In this document: in pieces, positions 9,039 through 14,701 of the stretch
Layout: the number at the start of each line of letters is the position of its first letter
How positions within the stretch are numbered: the stretch's first letter is position 1
Origin: Octopus sinensis
Taxonomy: Eukaryota
Direction: 5' to 3'
DNA length: 14,701 bases
Assembly (NCBI RefSeq): GCF_006345805.1
Contig: NW_021825722.1
Location: forward strand, 1-14,701
Notes under the pieces: generated by a model
Told to the model about the DNA's origin: nothing
The model's database searches: none
Seen by the model: only the letters and a program-made list of their open reading frames with translations
Translations under genes and position numbers: made by a program

Positions 9039-9225
9039 GAGCGGCAAGCTGGCAGAAGGGTTAGTACACCGGGCAAAATGCGTTCTGTGTTCAAATTCCC
9101 CCGAGGTCGTCTTTGCCTTTCGTCCTTTCGGGGTCGATAAAATAAGTACCAGTTGGACCCTGGGGTCGATGTTATCGACTTACTCACCTCTAAATATTCC
9201 TGGCCCTAATTTGAAACCAATATTA
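9039..9225 (+). mobile_element. tRNA-derived SINE, family B, copy 2 (about 25-bp deletion in the head)
   Basis: GCTGGCAGAA head, GTTCAAATTCC B-box, CTTTCGGGGTCGATAAAATAAGTACCAG body, AATTTGAAACCAATATTA tail. Confidence 0.88.
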
Positions 9226-9438
9226 GCAGCTGGCAAAATTGTAAGCGAGCCCGGCGAAATGCTTAGCGGCATTTCGTCCGTCTTTATATTCTGAGTTCAA
9301 ATTCCGCCGAGTCGACTTTACTTTTAATTTTTTCAGGGTCGATAAAATAAGTAATAGTTGAACACTGGAGAGCAATGTGATCGGCTCACCCCTCTACTAA
9401 AATTTCTGACCTTGTGCCAAAATTTGAAACCAATATTA
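9226..9438 (+). mobile_element. tRNA-derived SINE, family B, copy 3
   Basis: GCTGGCAAAA head, GAGTTCAAATTCC B-box (about 9293-9305), CCTTGTGCCAAAATTTGAAACCAATATTA tail. Confidence 0.88.
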
Positions 9439-10248
9439 ACAGTTGTAAACTTTATCAACGATGATTTATAGATGGTATGTTTGGCCTAAAATCTAGAAGT
9501 ATAACATCTATTTTCTGGAAGTTTATTTCCAACATTTTTCTGGGTTACTGAATTTTCCCAACCAGGGGTGGTCATCTTGGGTCAGCACACACTATATTAA
9601 ACCAATATAAATTAAATTACATAATTAAATGAAAAACATGTCTGTATAAAACTTATTTTATTTTCGTTTTCGCAACGAAAATTTTAGAAAATTAAAGGAA
9701 ATGAGTGGAAATTTTACCGGTGACTGTGTTAAATTATAAGGCACTAAAAGAGAATGACTCTCTCCAGACACAACAGAAGATACCTGTACATTAGTGTAAA
9801 TGATACAAGTCTGTTAATGATATATTGTGCAAGGTACCAGTAAACTAGTCTGGCGGTTGCGGGAAATTGAACTTCAGTGCAGATTATAAGAGTTTCCAGG
9901 CACTCAATGTCCAGAAAGTCACTATTGTACTTAGTCTTGCAAAGCATAAATTTACTAGATTGTAGTCTTTAGTTAAATCTCGGTGTAGAAATAGACTTTT
10001 TTTCTTTCAGAGCACCATAAAATAAATGCTGAGATTCCGCTCAATCAATGTAATTTCCGTATATAAGTAACACTGTTAGAAATCAGTTATCCTGGTGATA
10101 GAATGTACTCAGAGACTGATAAGAAACAGATTTAAATAACAGCATTTCGTTTTGACGATCGATGTTCGGTGATTCGGGATATTTAAACTTTGAAATTGTA
10201 ATCAAATGGAAGAATAGAAGAATAAATTTTCATTTTATATCAGCGTGA

Positions 10249-10458
10249 GGGTGGCGAACTGACAAAATTGTTAATATGCCGGACAAAATGCTTAGCGAAA
10301 TTTCGTCCGTCTTTACATTCCGAGTTCAAATTTCGCTGAGATCGCCTTTATCTTTCATCTTATCGGAGTCGATAAAATAAGTACCAGTCTAATACTAGGG
10401 TTGATGTAATCGACTTACCCCCACTTCCTTGAAATTGTTTTGCCAAAATCTGAAACTA
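10249..10458 (+). mobile_element. tRNA-derived SINE, family B, copy 4
   Basis: GGCGAACTGACAAAATTG head, GAGTTCAAATTTC B-box, GTCGATAAAATAAGTACCAG body, GCCAAAATCTGAAAC tail. Confidence 0.85.
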
Positions 10459-10554
10459 TATAATATATCGTTGTTTTTAATTTAAATAGAAGGGAAGAAA
10501 ATTTGATGGAAAAGGTTTAGTAGATACCATCAATCTATTCACTTTTTGATTTGC

Positions 10555-10692
10555 GTATTTCTTTTATCGATCTCGAAAGGATGAAAAGCAAAGTTGGCCG
10601 CAGGGGGATTTAAACTCACAACGTAAACTGTTGGAAGAAATGCTACAAATTGTTTTGCCCGGTACTCTAACCAAGTCTGCTAAACCATCACC
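10555..10692 (-). mobile_element. tRNA-derived SINE, family B, copy 5 (diverged, partial)
   Basis: ttttatcgatctcgaaaggatgaaaagcaaag...gatttaaactc...ttttgcccgg aligns to the reverse complement of copies B2-B4. Confidence 0.75.
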
Positions 10693-10804
10693 ATTTTCTT
10701 TTCGTCTTAAATAATAATTGTTATGATTTCCAACATTGAACAATGATTTACAGTATTCCCAATATTCTCTCCTTAACTTAACTGCGGTTGATAGGTATTA
10801 GGTT

Positions 10805-10805
<1 letters not shown>

Positions 10806-10838
<33 letters not shown>

Positions 10839-10872
10839 CTATATATATATAGATATATATATATTATTTATA
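10806..10872. repeat. Imperfect (TA)n tract left of the MITE (TA tract resumes at 11084-11117)
   Basis: Read directly. Confidence 0.9.
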
Positions 10873-11080
10873 CAGGGTGCGGCAGAAATACCTGACACAT
10901 TTGAAAAGTTGACAAAAGGAAAAAGAAACAACATTTATGAAAATTAATGTTACTGTTGTTTAAATAAAGGGTTACAGTTTTTTGTTCATTAGCTAAATGA
11001 ACATATAATTGGCACTTGCATAAGTTCATTTGCAACACATAGGTGAAAGTTTAAAATGTGGAAGATATTTCTGCCGCACC

Positions 11081-11083
<3 letters not shown>
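10873..11083. mobile_element. Tc1/mariner-type MITE, 211 bp
   Basis: Perfect 18-bp TIR CAGGGTGCGGCAGAAATA (10873-10890 / 11066-11083), extendable to 34 bp at 30/34. TA on both sides (10871-10872, 11084-11085). No coding capacity. Confidence 0.93.
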
Positions 11084-11118
<35 letters not shown>

Positions 11119-11303
11119 GACAAGTAGAAAGGCTCCTATAGGCCAAGCTTTACCCTTTTCTTATAAGAACCATAGTTTTATGCGGCTACAATATTGAATT
11201 CTCGAACAAAGACGAAGTCAATTTCACTAACAAATAACTGATTGCTTGTTTAACCAACATATTAAACAAAAGATCGTTTAGTTAGTTAGAAGTAACTGTA
11301 CGT

Positions 11304-11304
<1 letters not shown>

Positions 11305-11353
<49 letters not shown>
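11305..11353. repeat. (ATT)n microsatellite
   Basis: Read directly. Confidence 0.95.
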
Positions 11354-12377
11354 GATGTAATGACTCTCTCAAGGCACAACAAAATTTGTTCCAACACGTT
11401 TTCACATCAAGTATCTTGAAAACCAAATACAAAAACGAAATGCAAATATATATATATATATATATATATATACGTGTGAGTGTGCGTGTGTATCCATCAA
11501 ATATATTTATATGTTAGCGTGTGTGTATCTGATGTGAAAAACTAGAGAAGAATAAAACGTGCTCACTACATAGAATTTATTCCTTTACTCGACGCTAAGG
11601 CATTCGTCGCAAAACATCGGTTCTTTCTTTGTGTCACTGATCTAGTTCCTAATTCTCACATGGTACCCACCTTCTCTCTCTCTCTCTCTCTCTCTTCTCA
11701 TAACTATCTATGTAACAAACTACTTATCTAGCGTATGTTTTTTTTTCTCTTTTGGTGTGTGTGTTCCCTTCTAGAGCATTTCAATTAATTATATGGTCGT
11801 AACCCAAAGATTTATTTTATTTTATTTTTTATATGTACCCAACTTCACATAACACCTCACTCAATTCATTTATATTGTCATTCCCCTAGTACCGGCTTAA
11901 CCCTTATAATGTTTCCCTCGAGAGCTTTTACACTCTTTAATTTCTGCTGTCTGTGCTAAGCCTTTCGTTTCGGTTCACCGTAGGTCTTCAGAGGATTCTA
12001 TTTTTTGTTCGTTTGTCTTTCTTTTTATGGTAAATGCTAATCATTTCACACTCATCAGAAGATAAAGTGGAAACCTTCCCACTTTCGTCACGAAGCTGTT
12101 GCTTTTTACGCCTTGTTAAAGTACAGTCTCCGCCTTATGAACATTAGTATAAAATTGATCATTATCTTTTCCTTTCATTCCTTACAGTTAAAGAAACTAA
12201 AGCATGATGTAAATTATGACTTCTACCACAGATACGAAACCACAGATTGTAAAGTGTAGAAGATAAATAATTAGAGTGTTTTACTATGTGCCATGTGTTT
12301 AACAAGCCTTTGACGCAGTCTCTATACTGTCTCCCACCCTGCAAGAAGTGGTCGCTACACTTTAACTCGAATATAAA

Positions 12378-13211
12378 CAGGGTGGGTAAAAAGTAAGCAG
12401 GCATTAAAAATTGGTAATAAAATCCATATTCCTTTTATAAATCTATTGAAACAAATGATACGTGTCCTTTGCATGGGAAAATAGAAGTAAATCTTCATTT
12501 TTCAACGTAAGCACCGGTGTCTTCAACCAGTTCCCTCAAACGGTCAGGGATGGAATGCACAACTTCCGAAGGACGCCGTCTGGGATATCACTGAGAACCT
12601 CCTGAATTCGTGTCTCCAAGCCTTCCAGTGTGCGAGGTTTTGTCTTGCACACCTCCTCTTTTTGTGTAACATCACAGGCAAAAATCACATGGAGTGAGAT
12701 CTGAACTTTTTGGAGGCCTTTCCGTATTCCATTCCGCTCTCACAGTTTTCAGGTTTTAGCTCCTGCACGTAATGAGGTTTTCACGGACGAATATTCATTT
12801 CTTTATGCAACACCGTATGTATTGTGTGACTTGTTAGATCTCTTTCATGAGCTGCTTGACGTGTTGATTGTTGCAGGCTGCGATTAAAATTTTCCTGCAT
12901 TGTTGCTACGTTCTCCACTGACTGGGATGTGGTTGGATGGCCACTTCTTGCATCGTTCATATAGCCTGTGATCATCAGATTTGCATGACAACTTTTTATT
13001 GTCTCCGGATGTAGTGTTGCATGCTTACCATTCCATGCACGCCATCATCTCTGAATCAAAACAATGGAATTCCACACTTCATAGCGGGCTGCTTTCTTAC
13101 CTCGCTCCATGAAATCCCCATTAGTGTTATCTGTTGAAATTTTTTTTTGTCATGACTTCAGTGATACAAAATATTCTATAAGCAATTTCTAATCCCTTAT
13201 TTTCCACCCAG
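12378..13211 (-). mobile_element. Internally deleted Tc1/mariner-superfamily transposon (DD37D maT-like or DD41D Visitor/rosa-like)
   Basis: Degenerate TIRs: cagggtgggtaaaaagtaag... (from 12378) and ...cttattttccacccag (to 13211). Transposase remnant inside. Confidence 0.82.
12495..13110 (-). pseudogene. Transposase pseudogene with the central catalytic region deleted
   Basis: The N-terminus ...IQR*WR...TG..DARSGHPTT...STRQAAHE...TIHTVLHKEMNIRP*KPHYVQELKP resembles the HTH region of DUF4817-type Tc1/mariner transposases. It then jumps (about 12717-12720) to PPKSSDLTPCDFCL*...KPRTLEGLETRIQEVL...DRLRELVEDTGAYVEK*. The third catalytic residue is D; the first two are missing. Confidence 0.85.
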
Positions 13212-13373
13212 CCTTTATATGTATTTTAACTATATAACACATACCTGTAATGTTAGAACTCTCACAATATTGCGAAATATATTTATGTCCCGAGCTTTAA
13301 ACTAATACACCCGTTTGTTGCTTACACACCTGTCTTTTGTTTTTTGTAAATTCCAACTACATATATATAATTA

Positions 13374-13512
13374 TTCGGTTGCCATAATAAAACTCTGAGT
13401 TTCGGATGCTATGATTTTCATAGTATTTTTGTTTTACTTAATAAATGACGATATGCCGAAGCAGATTTCCGCCCCCACATCCGAAACTTGGAGTTTTATT
13501 ATGGCAACCGAA
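13374..13512. mobile_element. MADE-like mini-mariner MITE, 139 bp
   Basis: 35-bp TIRs (13374-13408 / 13478-13512) match at 33/35 and begin TTCGGTTGCCATAATAAAACTC. TA on both sides (13372-13373, 13513-13514). 69-bp spacer. Confidence 0.9.
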
Positions 13513-13698
13513 TAATTGTCACAAATTATATTACAGATATATTCCTCTATTTACATAATATCGAGGTCTCAATCATTCTTTTCTTGTCATACTATTAATA
13601 TATATATATATATAAGCGTAACCGTATCAGCAAAAGTGCTGACGGTTTTATTAATAACAATGCTCGGGATTAAAATTGAATAGTTTTTTTTTGTTTTA

Positions 13699-13942
13699 TT
13701 TTACTTGATTCAGTACTGCAGCCGTGCTGAAGCACCGGCTTTAGTCAAACTAATCGACCCCAGGATGTATTCTTCGTAAGCCTAGTACTTATTCTGTTGG
13801 TGTGTTTTGCTAAACAGTTAGGTTACGGGGATGTAAACACAGCAACATCGGTTATCAAGTGACGGTGGGTGTACAAAAAAAGATACACAAATATACACAT
13901 AAATACGACAGTCTTCTTTCAGTTTCCTTGTACGAAATCCAC
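13699..13942 (-). mobile_element. tRNA-derived SINE, family A, copy 3 (5'-truncated, older)
   Basis: Colinear with about 1978-2244 (agcaccg, ttagtc, atcgacccc, gcctagtacttattct, gtaaacac, atcggttatcaag, cttctttcagtttcc, aaatccac); more diverged. Confidence 0.85.
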
Positions 13943-13949
13943 AGTCTTG

Positions 13950-14335
13950 AGCACAGGACGTCACGAAACGTATACAGCAAAAAAATACGAAGCACGAGTA
14001 CATGGAACATGAACTATTCTTTCGAGCAACGAAAGACATAAATGGAAAACAAAACAAACAACATAAAGAACGACCCTTCATCAGTTTTTGGCTGTTTTTC
14101 TAGTCTCGTATTTCGAGCAACTAAGAACAATATACGCTTTCGATAAAACAGTTGCTACCGCGAAGCGAATTAAATAAAATTTGGTATATTGCAAAGGGTC
14201 AAAATTGGTAACGCAAACGGGACAGTGAAAACAAAGAGGAAGGGCTGCTAAGCCTAAACGAGGTTGTGGTGGCGAATGCGTAAATTAAGCTTGGACAGGA
14301 GACAGACAAGAACACGTCTTTCTCGTTCCAGCTAC
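13950..14335. mobile_element. Probable unclassified interspersed repeat, possibly Penelope-associated
   Basis: It replaces the 5' half of SINE A3 abruptly and ends at a (TA)n tract. The assignment rests only on my unverified recollection of similar octopus repeats; no ORF or TIR is seen. Confidence 0.3.
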
Positions 14336-14362
14336 AACTGATATATATATATATATATATAT

Positions 14363-14701
14363 TATTATTATTTTTTTAATTTTATCTAGTTTCAGCTCAC
14401 GAGCTGTGGCCATGCTGGGGCACCGCCATTTGGTGTTGCTACATGATTTTACTTCACGAATGCTTTTTAGCAATTGCCATTTGGCGCATGAGAGAGTTCG
14501 ATGCAGCTACCCTCATCTGCACATCCTGCCTTGAAGTTGGTTCATCTGGGACACCTGACAGGAGAGATCCAGTTTTATTTTAAAGACATCTGCATCTACC
14601 CATGCAGGTCTCTCAGGTCCTTCGGGAGGATATTGAAGAACTGTGGGCCTCTGAAGCCGGCTTATCACAGTATCTTGTCCTACATCTTGATGGCAAATTT
14701 G
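14363..14701 (-). mobile_element. 3' end of a CR1/L2-type non-LTR retrotransposon (runs off the window)
   Basis: ORF2 C-terminal remnant, short 3' UTR with a stem-loop (14393-14406), and an A-rich/(AAT)n tail next to (TA)n. Confidence 0.85.
14454..14699 (-). pseudogene. LINE ORF2 C-terminal fragment, three apparent frameshifts
   Basis: Pieced translation: NLPSRCRTRYCD / GFRGPQFFNILPKDLRDLHG / VDADVFKIKLDL / LSGVPDEPTSRQDVQMRVAASNSLMRQMAIAKKHS*. The GPxxFNxLP...FK..LD..L...PD.P pattern is typical of CR1/L2-group ORF2 C-termini. Confidence 0.8.

Noticed and set aside
9997-10030. Strong acceptor TTTTTTTCTTTCAG followed by AATAAA
   Set aside because: No recognisable coding sequence or partner exon; such motifs are common in AT-rich DNA.
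2957-11447. Three octamer motifs (2957, 8013, 11440)
   Set aside because: About what chance gives in AT-rich sequence of this length; no snRNA or histone gene nearby.
12044-12058. CTGATGA-GTGT-GAAA on the minus strand as a hammerhead
   Set aside because: Only 4 nt for stem II and no stem I pairing.
13620-13650. 11-bp bulged hairpin followed by a T run (terminator or Helitron end)
   Set aside because: Eukaryotic context makes an intrinsic terminator meaningless, and no CTRR follows as a Helitron 3' end requires.
14060-14090. CTGATGA-AGGG on the minus strand as a hammerhead
   Set aside because: No closing stem II or GAAA in register.

Overview
Eukaryotic, AT-rich, repeat-dense DNA, intronic or intergenic. 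It is very likely octopus (coleoid cephalopod): the three tRNA-derived SINE families and the heavy TA/CATA/GATA microsatellite load match octopus repeats as I recall them, but I could not run a search. I can support no intact host gene. Most ORF-track entries are translated microsatellites or antisense reads through SINEs. The window holds a decayed, near full-length DD34D mariner (368-1597), an internally deleted DD37D/DD41D-like Tc1/mariner (12378-13211, minus strand), three different Tc1/mariner MITEs, nine SINE copies from three families, and the 3' end of a CR1/L2-type LINE (plus a 62-bp tail fragment of the same type). The main second-look items are: a perfect 45-bp-arm palindrome (3684-3779); a LINE/SINE shared 3' tail whose stem-loop shows compensatory base changes; a 27-bp minisatellite born inside a SINE; closely spaced inverted SINE pairs; a degenerate minimal hammerhead-like motif; and a dispersed 26-bp repeat whose two copies both read MTLSRHN(R/K).
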